Assembly: GCA_030830865.1 (NCBI GenBank)
Contig: JAURME010000090.1
Location: 1-63,278 of the forward strand
Origin: Candidatus Nanopelagicales bacterium
GTDB lineage: Bacteria; Actinomycetota; Actinomycetes; S36-B12
Length of the DNA stretch: 63,278 nt
Direction: 5' to 3'
In this document: in pieces, positions 17,350 through 27,172 of the stretch
Layout of the letters: every line of letters starts with the position of its first letter
Position numbering within the stretch: position 1 is the stretch's first letter
Notes under the pieces: generated by a model
The model's database searches: none
Told to the model about the DNA's origin: nothing
What the model saw: the letters and a program-made list of their open reading frames with translations, nothing else
Position numbers and translations under genes: made by a program

Positions 17350-17976
17350 GTGCTGAACAACCCCGCCGCGCGCAAGGTGATAAGTGGGCTCATCGAGCCG
17401 CCCGCCCGCCTGCTGCTGCGGATGCACGTGTCCCCAGACGCCGTGACGATCGCCGGGACGGTCCTCACCGCGGGGGTCGCCTTGTGGATGCTGCCGCAGG
17501 GTATGTTCATACCGGCCGTACTGATCATGCTCGTGCTGTCGATGAGTGACCTGCTCGACGGGACCATGGCGCGCATGGCCGGCACCTCCGGCCCGTGGGG
17601 CAACTTCCTCGATGCGACCCTCGACCGCGTCGCCGACGGAGCAATCTTCGGTGGCCTTGCCCTCTACGGCGCCTTCCAGGGGCAGCCGTGGCTCACGGCC
17701 GCGGCGCTGCTCGCGCTGGTCACCGGCCAGGTGACGTCGTACTCCAAGGCCCGGGCCGAGGCGGTGGGCGCCACGGCGAACGTGGGGATCGCCGAGCGCG
17801 CCGAACGTTTGATCGTCGCCGGTATGGCGACGCTTCTCGCCGGCCTCGGTGTCCCGTACGTCCTCCCGGCTGCGCTGTGGATCCTGGGGGCTCTCGGCCT
17901 GATCACGGTGGCCCAACGGATCTGGGCGGTCCGTGCGCAGTTGAAGGTGCCGGGCCCACCGACCAGTGATGGGTGA
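17350..17976 (+). CDS. pgsA1: CDP-alcohol phosphatidyltransferase, phosphatidylinositol phosphate synthase
   Basis: DLLDGTMAR...G.FLDATLDRVAD matches the D(x2)DG(x2)AR...D(x3)D motif. Position before the PIM acyltransferase and pimA. Confidence 0.85.
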   Translation: MLNNPAARKVISGLIEPPARLLLRMHVSPDAVTIAGTVLTAGVALWMLPQGMFIPAVLIMLVLSMSDLLDGTMARMAGTSGPWGNFLDATLDRVADGAIFGGLALYGAFQGQPWLTAAALLALVTGQVTSYSKARAEAVGATANVGIAERAERLIVAGMATLLAGLGVPYVLPAALWILGALGLITVAQRIWAVRAQLKVPGPPTSDG

Positions 17977-18931
17977 CCGCAGGGCGTGGCGTGGCCGCGC
18001 CTCCGACGCTGCCACCGAATGGGCCTTCGCCACGGGATGGCGCATCGTCCGAGCTCTGCCCGAGCGCGCTGCCTACCGGGCCTTCGATCGCGCGGCGGAC
18101 GCGCTGTGGCGTCGCGGCGGCAGTGGGATTCAACAGCTTGAGCGCAACCTGGGTCGTGTTCTGCCGGAGGCCTCGTCGGACGAGATCCACGAGCAGGCGC
18201 GGCTGTCGATGCGCAGCTACCTCCGCTATTGGTGCGACACCTTCCGGCTGCCGACATGGTCGCCGGAGCGGGTGAGCGAGACCTTCACGTTGCAGCGGGT
18301 CGAATTCATGGACACGGCCGTGGCCTCCGGGTCGGGTGCCCTTATGGTCGTCAATCACTCCGGCAACTGGGACCACGGCGGCGCCTGGGCCTGCCTGCGG
18401 TACGGAGGGCTGACGACCGTCGCTGAGCGACTGCGCCCAGAGGGTCTCTACCAGCGGTTCCTCGACTACCGCGAGAGCCTGGGGATGGAGATCCTCCCGA
18501 CGGGCGAGCCGGGCCTCATCAGGACGCTGTCACGACGGCTGCGCGAGGGGCGCCTGGTGCCGCTGATGGGCGACCGCGACATCTCCCGCAACGGCGTCGT
18601 CGTCGACCTGCTCGGAGAGCCCGCCTCGTTCCCCGCGGGTCCGGCCGCCCTCAGCATCATCACCGGCGCGCCTGTGCACCCCGTGACGCTGTGGTACGAG
18701 CACGGTCATGCCACCGGCTACGTGCACGACGCGGTCCCGGTGCCGTCGGGCAGGCCCCAGGACGAGCAGATCCAAGCGGTGACACAGGGCATTGCAGACG
18801 CCTTCGGCGAGGGGATCCGACAGAACCCGATCGACTGGCACATGATGCAGGCCGTCTGGCTGGCTGATCTCGATCCGGCGCGCGTGGCCCAAAGGTCGTC
18901 CGCCGAGCGGAATCGGGGGGCGGAGGCATGA
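17966..18931 (+). CDS. phosphatidylinositol mannoside acyltransferase (HtrB/LpxL-like)
   Basis: NHSGNWD (HX4D-type) motif. Overlaps the pgsA1 stop and the pimA start. Confidence 0.8.
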   Translation: MMGDRRAWRGRASDAATEWAFATGWRIVRALPERAAYRAFDRAADALWRRGGSGIQQLERNLGRVLPEASSDEIHEQARLSMRSYLRYWCDTFRLPTWSPERVSETFTLQRVEFMDTAVASGSGALMVVNHSGNWDHGGAWACLRYGGLTTVAERLRPEGLYQRFLDYRESLGMEILPTGEPGLIRTLSRRLREGRLVPLMGDRDISRNGVVVDLLGEPASFPAGPAALSIITGAPVHPVTLWYEHGHATGYVHDAVPVPSGRPQDEQIQAVTQGIADAFGEGIRQNPIDWHMMQAVWLADLDPARVAQRSSAERNRGAEA

Positions 18932-20109
18932 GGGTCGGTCTGGTATGCCCATGGGCGTGGGACGTGCCGGGGGGAGTGCGATCCCACATCGCCGATCTCG
19001 GCGCGGCCCTCCGGGACCATGGCCATGAGGTGAGCATCCTGGCTCCGGCCGAGGACTCATCCCTCCTGCCACCGGGCGTGGTCGACGGGGGGCGCCCTGT
19101 CCCGGTCCGGTACAACGGCTCCATCGCCCGGCTGAGCATGGGGGTGAAGTCCACCCGACGCGTCCAGGCGTGGATCCGGGAGGGGGAGTTCGACGTCCTG
19201 CACGTCCACGAGCCGGTGGCCCCGAGCCTGTCGCTGCTGGGCCTGTGGGTGGCGCGCGGCCCGATCGTCGCCACGTGGCACAGCTCCAACGACCGATCCC
19301 GGATCCTGTCGGCGGGCTACTACATCGCCCAGACCGCGATGGAGAAGGTCCGGGGCCGCATCGCCGTCAGTGAGGATGCCCGACGAACCCTCGTCAACCA
19401 CCTCGGCGGCGACGCCATCCTCATCCCGAACGGCGTACGCGTGTCCGCGTTCGCATCGCCCGAGCGCATGCCCGACGTCGACCCGGAGCGACCCTCGATC
19501 CTCTTCCTCGGGCGGTTGGACGAGCCTCGCAAAGGACTCGAGGTGCTGTTCGGTGCGCTGCCTCGGCTCGTCGCCGAGGTGCCCGACGTGCAGGTCCTCA
19601 TCGCCGGACCGGGCGACGTCGACGAGTTCAGAGCGGAGGTGCCGGTGGGCTGTGGGGACAACGTGCGTTTCCTCGGCCGGATCAGCGATGAGGACAAGGT
19701 ACGGGCCCTGCGGTCGGTCGACGTGTATGCCGCACCGCACACCGGCGGGGAGTCCTTCGGGATCGTGCTCGTCGAAGCGATGGCCGCCCAGACGGCCGTC
19801 GTCGCCTCGGACCTCCCTGCTTTCGGCCGGGTGCTGCAGGACGGCAGATGTGGGCGCATGTTCCCCAAGGAGGACTCCGGAGCGCTGGCCAGCGCTCTCG
19901 TCGACCTGCTGCGCGATCCCCAGAAGCGAGCCCTGCTCGTGGCCGCCGCGGACGTCCGGGTGCAGGATTTCGACTGGGACGTGGTCGTCGACGAGGTCAT
20001 CGCGGTGTACGACAGCGTGCGTCTCCCCGGAGAGAAGGTCACCGAAGACCTGAGGGGTCAGCTCGTCGGCCGGCTCTCCCGCGGCAATGGGCGAGGGGGT
20101 CCGCCATGA
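18928..20109 (+). CDS. pimA: GT4 glycosyltransferase, phosphatidylinositol alpha-mannosyltransferase
   Basis: MRVGLVCPWAWDVPGGVRSH N-terminus, GESFGIVLVEAMA (EX7E region), and synteny with pgsA1. Confidence 0.85.
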   Translation: MRVGLVCPWAWDVPGGVRSHIADLGAALRDHGHEVSILAPAEDSSLLPPGVVDGGRPVPVRYNGSIARLSMGVKSTRRVQAWIREGEFDVLHVHEPVAPSLSLLGLWVARGPIVATWHSSNDRSRILSAGYYIAQTAMEKVRGRIAVSEDARRTLVNHLGGDAILIPNGVRVSAFASPERMPDVDPERPSILFLGRLDEPRKGLEVLFGALPRLVAEVPDVQVLIAGPGDVDEFRAEVPVGCGDNVRFLGRISDEDKVRALRSVDVYAAPHTGGESFGIVLVEAMAAQTAVVASDLPAFGRVLQDGRCGRMFPKEDSGALASALVDLLRDPQKRALLVAAADVRVQDFDWDVVVDEVIAVYDSVRLPGEKVTEDLRGQLVGRLSRGNGRGGPP

Positions 20110-20660
20110 CCGGGTGGTGGATCCTCGGAATCGCCGTCCTCATCGTGCTCGCCGTCTTCGGCCTCTACCTGAGCATGACGGCCGGTCGGCTCGACCATCT
20201 GCATCGCCGCATCGACACGTCCGTGCTCGCCCTGGACTCCCACCTGCTGCGACGCGCGGCCGTGTGCCAGGAGCTGGCGGCAGCCGGCTTTCTCGACCCG
20301 GCGTCGAGCATGCTCCTCGCCGATGCCGCGCACACGGCACGGACCTCAGCGGATCTCGATGTGGACGACCGAGCCCTGGCCGAGTCGAACCTGACGGCAG
20401 CGCTGTCGGCTGTCATCGATCCCGAGGACGCAGCGCTAGTAGCAGAGTCGGCCGACGGTGCCGCGGTTCTGACCGAGCTCGAGGCAGCGTGCCGTCGGGT
20501 CCAGCTGTCGCGCCGGTTCCACAACGACGCGGTGCGTGCCTGTCGACAACTTCGCCGTCAGCGCATGGCGCGGGTGTTCCGGCTGGCGGGTCATACGCCG
20601 TGGCCGGAGACGTGGGAGATGGACGACGCGATGCCTCCAGGTCTTCCGGTCCGTCCGTGA
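20106..20660 (+). CDS. membrane-anchored hypothetical protein (LemA-like topology)
   Basis: ATGA overlap with the pimA stop. One N-terminal TM helix, then a helical soluble domain. Confidence 0.5.
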   Translation: MTGWWILGIAVLIVLAVFGLYLSMTAGRLDHLHRRIDTSVLALDSHLLRRAAVCQELAAAGFLDPASSMLLADAAHTARTSADLDVDDRALAESNLTAALSAVIDPEDAALVAESADGAAVLTELEAACRRVQLSRRFHNDAVRACRQLRRQRMARVFRLAGHTPWPETWEMDDAMPPGLPVRP

Positions 20661-20790
20661 CGGTCGGCCGTGGCAGCTGACCGGTGGGCCGATGCCCGCC
20701 GGGCTGTTCACGGGGCAGGCGCCTAAGATGATGCCCGATCAACCATGTAGGGCCGCCCCACGGGGTGCCCCCGACCAAGCGAGGTAAGAC

Positions 20791-21687
20791 GTGACGGACG
20801 CATCCCCTGTCGTCGGCACTGATCGGGTCAAGCGCGGCATGGCCGAGATGCTCAAGGGCGGCGTCATCATGGATGTCGTCACCCCCGAGCAGGCCAAGAT
20901 CGCCGAGGACGCCGGCGCCGTGGCGGTCATGGCCCTCGAGCGCGTCCCGGCCGACATCCGGGCGCAGGGCGGCGTGGCCCGCATGTCGGACCCGGACATG
21001 ATCGACGGCATCATCGAGGCCGTCTCCATCCCGGTGATGGCCAAGGCCCGCATCGGCCACTTCGCCGAGGCCCAAGTACTGCAGTCCCTCGGCGTCGACT
21101 ACATCGACGAGTCCGAGGTGCTCACCCCCGCCGACTACGCCAACCACATCGACAAGTGGCAGTTCACCGTGCCCTTCGTCTGCGGAGCGACGAACCTAGG
21201 CGAGGCCCTGCGACGCATCACCGAGGGCGCCGCCATGGTGCGGTCCAAGGGTGAGGCCGGCACGGGCGACGTCTCGAACGCCGTGACCCACATGCGCAAG
21301 ATCCGTCGCGAGGTCGCCCAGCTGGCCGCCCTCTCGGACGACGAGATCTACGTCGCTGCCAAGGAGCTGCAGGCGCCCTACCCGTTGGTCAAGGAGATCG
21401 CCGAGACCGGTGCCCTGCCCGTCGTGCTCTTCACGGCCGGCGGCATCGCGACCCCCGCGGATGCGGCGATGATGATGCAGTTGGGCGCCGACGGCGTCTT
21501 CGTGGGCTCGGGCATCTTCAAGTCAGGGAACCCCGCCGAGCGCGCCGACGCGATCGTGCAGGCGACCCGGCACTTCAACGATCCCGACGTCGTGGCCAAG
21601 GTGTCCCGCGGTCTCGGCGAGGCCATGGTCGGCATCAATGTCGCTGACATCCCGGTGCACCACCGCCTGGAGGACCGGGGCTGGTGA
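20791..21687 (+). CDS. pdxS: pyridoxal 5'-phosphate synthase lyase subunit
   Basis: [20 protein letters not shown] and [10 protein letters not shown] blocks. Confidence 0.95.
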   Translation: MTDASPVVGTDRVKRGMAEMLKGGVIMDVVTPEQAKIAEDAGAVAVMALERVPADIRAQGGVARMSDPDMIDGIIEAVSIPVMAKARIGHFAEAQVLQSLGVDYIDESEVLTPADYANHIDKWQFTVPFVCGATNLGEALRRITEGAAMVRSKGEAGTGDVSNAVTHMRKIRREVAQLAALSDDEIYVAAKELQAPYPLVKEIAETGALPVVLFTAGGIATPADAAMMMQLGADGVFVGSGIFKSGNPAERADAIVQATRHFNDPDVVAKVSRGLGEAMVGINVADIPVHHRLEDRGW

Positions 21688-22310
21688 CCTCCGACGACCC
21701 CGTCGTCGGGGTCCTGTCGATCCAGGGCGATGTGCGCGAGCACATCAACGCGCTCGGCGCAGCCGGTGCCAGAGCGGTGCCGGTGGGGTCGGCAGACCAA
21801 CTCGTCGACATCGATGGTCTGGTCATCCCCGGTGGGGAGTCCACGACGATGTCCAAGCTCGCCCTCCGCGATGGACTCATGGAGCCCCTGCGTGCTGCCC
21901 GACGGGCAGGCATGCCCATGTTCGGGTCGTGCGCCGGCATGATCATGCTGGCCGACCGCGTTGAGGACGCGCGACCCGACCAGGAGACGGTCGGCGGCAT
22001 CGACATGACGGTCCGACGCAACGCCTTCGGCCGGCAGGTCGACTCGTTCGAGTTGGAGGTGCCGGTGGCTGCCCTCGGTGAGGAGCCCTTTCCGGCTGTC
22101 TTCATCCGCGCACCCTGGGTGGAGGGTGTGGGGGAGGATGTCGAGATCCTCGCCACGGTTCCGCGTGGAGGACGCGACGGTACGATCGTCGCGGTTCGCC
22201 AGGGTGGGCTGGTGGCCACGGCCTTCCATCCGGAGTTGACAGGCGATTCCCGGGTCCACGAGTACTTCGTTTCGATGGTGAGACAGACACAGGTGAGGAA
22301 GAGGGAATGA
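21684..22310 (+). CDS. pdxT: pyridoxal 5'-phosphate synthase glutaminase subunit
   Basis: [17 protein letters not shown] and FHPELT motifs. Overlaps the pdxS stop. Confidence 0.95.
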   Translation: MTSDDPVVGVLSIQGDVREHINALGAAGARAVPVGSADQLVDIDGLVIPGGESTTMSKLALRDGLMEPLRAARRAGMPMFGSCAGMIMLADRVEDARPDQETVGGIDMTVRRNAFGRQVDSFELEVPVAALGEEPFPAVFIRAPWVEGVGEDVEILATVPRGGRDGTIVAVRQGGLVATAFHPELTGDSRVHEYFVSMVRQTQVRKRE

Positions 22311-23059
22311 GCGGACACTCCAAATGGGCGACGACCAAGCACAAGAAGGCCGCCATCGACGCCAAGCGGGGCAAGCTCTTTGCGCGGCTCGTGAAGAACA
22401 TCGAGGTCGCGGCGCGGACCGGGGGCGGTGACCCCGACGGCAACCCGACCCTCTACGACGCGATCCAGAAGGCGCGCAAGAACTCGGTACCGCTGGACAA
22501 CATCGAACGTGCGGTCAAGCGCGGTTCAGGAGCTGAGGCGGGAGGAGCGGACTGGCAGACGATCATGTACGAGGGCTATGGGCCCAACGGCGTGGCCGTG
22601 CTCATCGAGTGCCTCACCGATAACCGCAACCGTGCGGCCACGGAGGTTCGCGTCGCCATGACACGCAACGGCGGATCGATGGCCGATCCCGGATCCGTCT
22701 CGTACCTGTTCAATCGCAAGGGCGTCGTCCTCGTGCCCAAGAGCGAGGGCATGAGTGAGGACGATGTGCTCCTCGTCGTGCTGGATGCCGGCGCGGAGGA
22801 GGTCAACGACCTCGGTGAGGCCTTCGAGATCATCAGCGAGGCCGGCGATCTGCTCGCCGTCCGCTCGGCGATCCAGGAGGCGGGAATCGACTACGAGTCG
22901 GCTGAGACCAACTTCCTGCCGAGCGTGTCCGTGGAACTCGACGAGGACGGTGCCCGCAAGGTGTTCCGCCTCATCGAGGCTCTCGAGGACAGCGACGATG
23001 TCCAGAACGTCTTCGCCAACTTCGACGTCAGCGATGAGGTCATGGAGGCTGTCGGCTAA
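22307..23059 (+). CDS. yebC: YebC/PmpR family DNA-binding transcriptional regulator
   Basis: [24 protein letters not shown]-terminus. Confidence 0.95.
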   Translation: MSGHSKWATTKHKKAAIDAKRGKLFARLVKNIEVAARTGGGDPDGNPTLYDAIQKARKNSVPLDNIERAVKRGSGAEAGGADWQTIMYEGYGPNGVAVLIECLTDNRNRAATEVRVAMTRNGGSMADPGSVSYLFNRKGVVLVPKSEGMSEDDVLLVVLDAGAEEVNDLGEAFEIISEAGDLLAVRSAIQEAGIDYESAETNFLPSVSVELDEDGARKVFRLIEALEDSDDVQNVFANFDVSDEVMEAVG

Positions 23060-23088
23060 CAGCCGAGAAGACAGGAAGCGGTGCGAAC

Positions 23089-24495
23089 GTGAACGAGTTC
23101 GTCGGCACGCAGTTGAGCGGATGGGATGCGGCGACGTTCCGAACGGCCAGCGCGGATCCCACCATGAGGTCGACCGTCGTCGCGGTGGCAGTGCTGGAGA
23201 GCACGCCGGACTGGGACCGCCTGCGAGACCGCTTCGAACGCCTCACCTGCTGTGTGCCCACCCTTCGCATGCGGCCCCTCTACGGTCTGGCGGGGTTCTC
23301 CGCTCCACGGCTCGCGGTGGATCCGGACTTCGACCTGGACGTGCACCTGCGCAGGTACCGGATCCCGAAGGACGGTGGATGGCAGGCGCTGCTGGATGAC
23401 GCGCGGCGCATGAGCCTGACCGACTTCGATCCCAACCGCCCATTGTGGGAGGCAGCCCTTGTCGAAGGACTGCCGGACGGCGCTGCCGCGCTAATCCTGA
23501 AGCTGCACCATGCCATCGCTGACGGGCAGGCGACCGTGATGATGGGACTGAGCCTGTTCGAGTTCGGGCCCGAACCGGACCCGAATGAGCAGCCCGCGCC
23601 GGAGCCGCCCCCGGCGGAAGACGTCGGCGTGCGGCAGGTCAGCCTCGCCAACATCAGCGACACACTGACCCGCGGGAAGGGCCTCGCCGAGTCCGCTGCC
23701 CGTGAGCTGCTGGGATTCGCGAAGGGGTCGGTCACGGATCCGCTCGCCACGTGGGGCCGGGCCCTGGAGACGGTCACGTCGATCGGTCGCGTGGCCTCGG
23801 TGCCGGACGCCGCGCTCTCGCCGGTTCTGGTAGGACGCGGAACCACCTATCACTTCTCGGTCATGGACACCCCGTTCGCCGATCTGCGTGCGACGTCCAA
23901 GGCGCACGGCTTCAGCGTCAACGACGTCTTCCTGGCCGCCGTGGCCGAGGGGATGGACCGCTATCACCGTCGCCATGGGGTCATGGTCGACGAGCTGCGG
24001 CTCAATGTCCCGATCAGCCTCCGTGGTGACGCGGGTGATCGTTCCGGGCAGGCGTCCAACGCGGTCTCGATCGCCCGCTTCCCGCTCGGCATCGCCGGTC
24101 TCACGCCCGTCGAGCACATGGAGCAGGCCCACGGTCTTGTGGAGCGTTGGCGCGACGAGCCCGCGATCCGGATGGCCGACCCGTTGGCCGACATCAGCTG
24201 GGTGGTGCCGGTGCCGATGCTCGCGCAGGCCGCGCAGGCCTCGGATGTCACCACGAGCAATGTGCCCGGACCGCCCCTGCCGCTGTATCTCGCGGGGGAG
24301 AAGGTCATCGCGATCTATCCGCTCGTCGCGACGATCGGCGCAGCGCTCAACGTCACGATGGTCACCTATGACGGCCGGGCGTTCCTCGGTATCTCCGCCG
24401 ATGACCGCGCCGTGCAGGACCTCCCGGACCTCATGGCCGACCTTGCCGACGGCTTCGAGGTCGTGGTCGGGGTGCGCCCCGTCGTCCGCCCCTGA
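23089..24495 (+). CDS. wax ester synthase / diacylglycerol acyltransferase (WS/DGAT) family protein
   Basis: HHAIADG active-site motif (HHxxxDG). 468 aa. C-terminal NVPGP motif. Confidence 0.85.
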   Translation: MNEFVGTQLSGWDAATFRTASADPTMRSTVVAVAVLESTPDWDRLRDRFERLTCCVPTLRMRPLYGLAGFSAPRLAVDPDFDLDVHLRRYRIPKDGGWQALLDDARRMSLTDFDPNRPLWEAALVEGLPDGAAALILKLHHAIADGQATVMMGLSLFEFGPEPDPNEQPAPEPPPAEDVGVRQVSLANISDTLTRGKGLAESAARELLGFAKGSVTDPLATWGRALETVTSIGRVASVPDAALSPVLVGRGTTYHFSVMDTPFADLRATSKAHGFSVNDVFLAAVAEGMDRYHRRHGVMVDELRLNVPISLRGDAGDRSGQASNAVSIARFPLGIAGLTPVEHMEQAHGLVERWRDEPAIRMADPLADISWVVPVPMLAQAAQASDVTTSNVPGPPLPLYLAGEKVIAIYPLVATIGAALNVTMVTYDGRAFLGISADDRAVQDLPDLMADLADGFEVVVGVRPVVRP

Positions 24496-24585
24496 CCGAC
24501 TGCCCGCCGCCTCGTCGGTGGGTTCGGAGGGTGCGGCGCGCCGGGGCAGCGGCTCCCGCGGGGTGACAGGGTCTCGCGATAGCCT

Positions 24586-24603
24586 TCCGAACATGTGTTC
24601 GGA
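24586..24603. promoter_or_regulatory. LexA SOS box (TCCGAACATGTGTTCGGA) in front of ruvC
   Basis: Perfect 18-bp palindrome containing CGAAC-N4-GTTCG, the actinobacterial / Gram-positive LexA consensus. It lies 13 bp upstream of the ruvC ATG. Confidence 0.8.
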
Positions 24604-24615
24604 CGGAGGTGCCCC

Positions 24616-25128
24616 ATGCGCGTGCTGGGCATCGACCCGGGACTGACGCGCTGCGGCGTCGCGGTGGTCGACGGCGCTCCGGGGCGCCCCTTGTCCGCCG
24701 CCTTCATCGGGGTCATTCGCACCGATGCGCATGCCCCCATCGAGGAGCGCCTGACGGCCGTCCATGCGGAACTGAGCGCCCTCGCCGACCGATTCTCGCC
24801 GGATGCCGTGGCCATCGAGCGGGTCTTCAGTCAGCACAATGTCCGCACCGCGATGGGGACCGCTCAGGCGGCTGCGATGGGCCTGCTCGTGGCCGGGAGC
24901 CGGGGCCTGCCGGTCGCACTGCACACTCCGACGGAGGTGAAGGCTGCCATCACCGGAAGCGGGCGTGCCGACAAGGCTCAGGTGACCTCGATGGTCACGC
25001 GTCTGCTCAAGCTCGATGCGGCCCCGAAGCCGGCTGACGCCGCCGACGCCGTGGCGATCGCGATCTGCCACGTCTGGCGGGGTGCTGCTCAGCGCCGGCT
25101 GGCCGAGGCCGTGGCGGCCAGCCGATGA
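24616..25128 (+). CDS. ruvC: crossover junction endodeoxyribonuclease RuvC
   Basis: [14 protein letters not shown] start after a GGAGGTG ribosome-binding site. Confidence 0.95.
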   Translation: MRVLGIDPGLTRCGVAVVDGAPGRPLSAAFIGVIRTDAHAPIEERLTAVHAELSALADRFSPDAVAIERVFSQHNVRTAMGTAQAAAMGLLVAGSRGLPVALHTPTEVKAAITGSGRADKAQVTSMVTRLLKLDAAPKPADAADAVAIAICHVWRGAAQRRLAEAVAASR

Positions 25129-25745
25129 TCTCCTTCGCCCGTGGCGTGGTCGTCCAGGCCGGGGTCGACTGGATGGTCGTGGACCTCGGGGCCGTCGGTG
25201 TCCGGGTTCAGTGCACCTCGGCCACCGCAGCGACGGTGCACAGCGGCGAGCATGTCGAACTGCTCACCACGATGGTCGTTCGCGAGGACGGCTGGACCCT
25301 CTTCGGCTTCCTGGATGCCGACGAGCGCGATGTCTTCGAGAAGGTGCAGACCGTCAGTGGGATAGGCCCTCGGATCGCCCTGGCCCTGCTCGGGACGCTG
25401 TCCCCGGACGAGCTGCGCCGGGCGGTCGCCCAGTCCGACGAGGTGTCGCTCACCAAGGTCCCCGGTATCGGTCGCAAGGGGGCCCAGCGACTCATCCTGG
25501 AACTGGCCGATCGTCTTGGGGCCCCGACCGGTGCCGCCACCGTCCTCGGAGTGACTCCTCGCCCCGGCGCGTGGCCCGATGCCGTCGCTGCGGGACTTCT
25601 GTCTCTCGGCTGGTCGGCGAAGGATGCCGAGGCGGCGATCTCCGGAATCGATGCCGGACTTGTCGCGGAGGCCGACGCTCTGGGAGCGGATGCCGACATC
25701 TCGACCCTGCTCAAGGCCGCGCTTCGGGGGTTGAGTCGCGCATGA
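25125..25745 (+). CDS. ruvA: Holliday junction branch migration protein RuvA
   Basis: MISFARG..., LFGF, and [10 protein letters not shown] / [11 protein letters not shown] helix-hairpin-helix pairs. Confidence 0.95.
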   Translation: MISFARGVVVQAGVDWMVVDLGAVGVRVQCTSATAATVHSGEHVELLTTMVVREDGWTLFGFLDADERDVFEKVQTVSGIGPRIALALLGTLSPDELRRAVAQSDEVSLTKVPGIGRKGAQRLILELADRLGAPTGAATVLGVTPRPGAWPDAVAAGLLSLGWSAKDAEAAISGIDAGLVAEADALGADADISTLLKAALRGLSRA

Positions 25746-26764
25746 CCATGGAGCCGGGTCGTGATGCCGAGGACGCCGCCCTCGAGGGTGCCCTGCGGCC
25801 CACCAGCCTGGGGGAGTTCGTCGGGCAGGAGCGGGTCAAGTCCCAGTTGGGACTGGTGCTCGAGGCGGCCGGTCGGCGTGGGCGCCCGGCCGACCACGTC
25901 CTGCTGAGCGGGCCGCCGGGACTGGGCAAGACGACTCTCGCCGGCATCATCGCGGCGGAGATGGACGCACCCCTGCGCATGACGGCCGGCCCGGCACTTC
26001 AGCATGCCGGTGACCTGGCGGCCGTCCTATCAAGCCTGCAGCCGGGTGAGGTGCTGTTCATCGATGAGATCCATCGAACGGCCCGGGCCGCAGAGGAACT
26101 GCTGTACTTGGCCATGGAGGACTTCCGGGTCGATGTCGTCGTGGGCAAGGGCCCGGGGGCCACAGCCATCCCGCTGGACATCGAGCCGTTCACCCTCGTC
26201 GGTGCCACCACTCGTGCCGGACTGCTTCCCAGTCCCCTGCGTGATCGGTTCGGCTTCACCGCGCACCTGGACTTCTACGACAGCAGTGATCTTGAGGTGA
26301 TCATCCAGCGCTCGGCAAGCCTGCTCGGTGTCCCTGTGGACCCCGCCGGGGTGACTGAAATCGCCGGGCGATGCCGTGGCACGCCCCGCATCGCCAACCG
26401 ACTTCTGCGGAGGGTCCGGGACTGGGCCCAGGTGCACGGTGACGGCGTCGTGAACGAGACGTCCGCGCGGGCGGCCCTGGCGCTCTATGAGGTCGACACG
26501 TTGGGCCTGGACCGACTCGACCAGTCCGTCCTTGAGGTCCTCGTCCATCGGTTCGGAGGCGGACCCGTGGGTCTGTCCACACTGGCGGTCGCCGTGGGGG
26601 AGGAGCCGGAGACCATCGAGACGGTCTCCGAGCCGTTCCTGGTCCGGACGGGCATGATCCTGCGCACCCCTCGAGGTCGGGTGGCGACGACCTCGGCCTG
26701 GCAGCACCTGGGCGCCGAGCCACGGGTCGACGAACCCGATCAGCAGGCGCTGGATCTGTCCTGA
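25742..26764 (+). CDS. ruvB: Holliday junction DNA helicase RuvB
   Basis: Start trimmed to ATG 25742 (ATGA overlap with ruvA). [28 protein letters not shown]. Confidence 0.95.
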   Translation: MTMEPGRDAEDAALEGALRPTSLGEFVGQERVKSQLGLVLEAAGRRGRPADHVLLSGPPGLGKTTLAGIIAAEMDAPLRMTAGPALQHAGDLAAVLSSLQPGEVLFIDEIHRTARAAEELLYLAMEDFRVDVVVGKGPGATAIPLDIEPFTLVGATTRAGLLPSPLRDRFGFTAHLDFYDSSDLEVIIQRSASLLGVPVDPAGVTEIAGRCRGTPRIANRLLRRVRDWAQVHGDGVVNETSARAALALYEVDTLGLDRLDQSVLEVLVHRFGGGPVGLSTLAVAVGEEPETIETVSEPFLVRTGMILRTPRGRVATTSAWQHLGAEPRVDEPDQQALDLS

Positions 26765-26820
26765 CGGCTCTCAGGTAGCCTCATCGGACGCCGTATGGCG
26801 TGACATCCTCGGAGGTACCC

Positions 26821-27114
26821 ATGGATCCATTCAGCCTGCTCCTCATCGTCGCGGCGGCCGCGGCCTTCTACTTCCTCATCATCCGGCCCAACAAGCAGCG
26901 TCAGCAGCAGCAGCGCCAGATGATCGCGTCGATCCAGCCCGGCGCAGAGGTCATGACCACTGCCGGCATCTACGGGACGGTGGCCGTCGTGACCGAGGAC
27001 GAACTCAGCCTCGAGATCTCTCCCGGCGTCTACATCCGAATCCTGCCGGCCGCGGTCTCCCGCGTCGTTCAGCCGGTCGAGGCCGAGGAGCCGGATACGG
27101 CAGACGAGGACTAG
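26821..27114 (+). CDS. yajC: preprotein translocase subunit YajC
   Basis: ATG after GGAGGTA. One TM helix, then the IRPNKQRQ motif and G.EV.T.GG.YG core. Confidence 0.9.
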   Translation: MDPFSLLLIVAAAAAFYFLIIRPNKQRQQQQRQMIASIQPGAEVMTTAGIYGTVAVVTEDELSLEISPGVYIRILPAAVSRVVQPVEAEEPDTADED

Positions 27115-27172
27115 TCCCCCCTAGACTGTGCCGGCCGATCCCGGCCCCTGATCGACCCCCTGAAGGAGCACT

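Noticed and set aside
25016-26764. 582-aa ORF suggesting an N-terminally extended RuvB. The same applies to 28741 for secF, 47539 for aroB, 15078..17603 for EF-G2 and 19848 for the post-pimA gene.
   Set aside because: The extensions overlap the preceding gene in another frame and are Arg/Pro-rich. Canonical N-termini with start/stop overlaps (ATGA/GTGA) are present internally.
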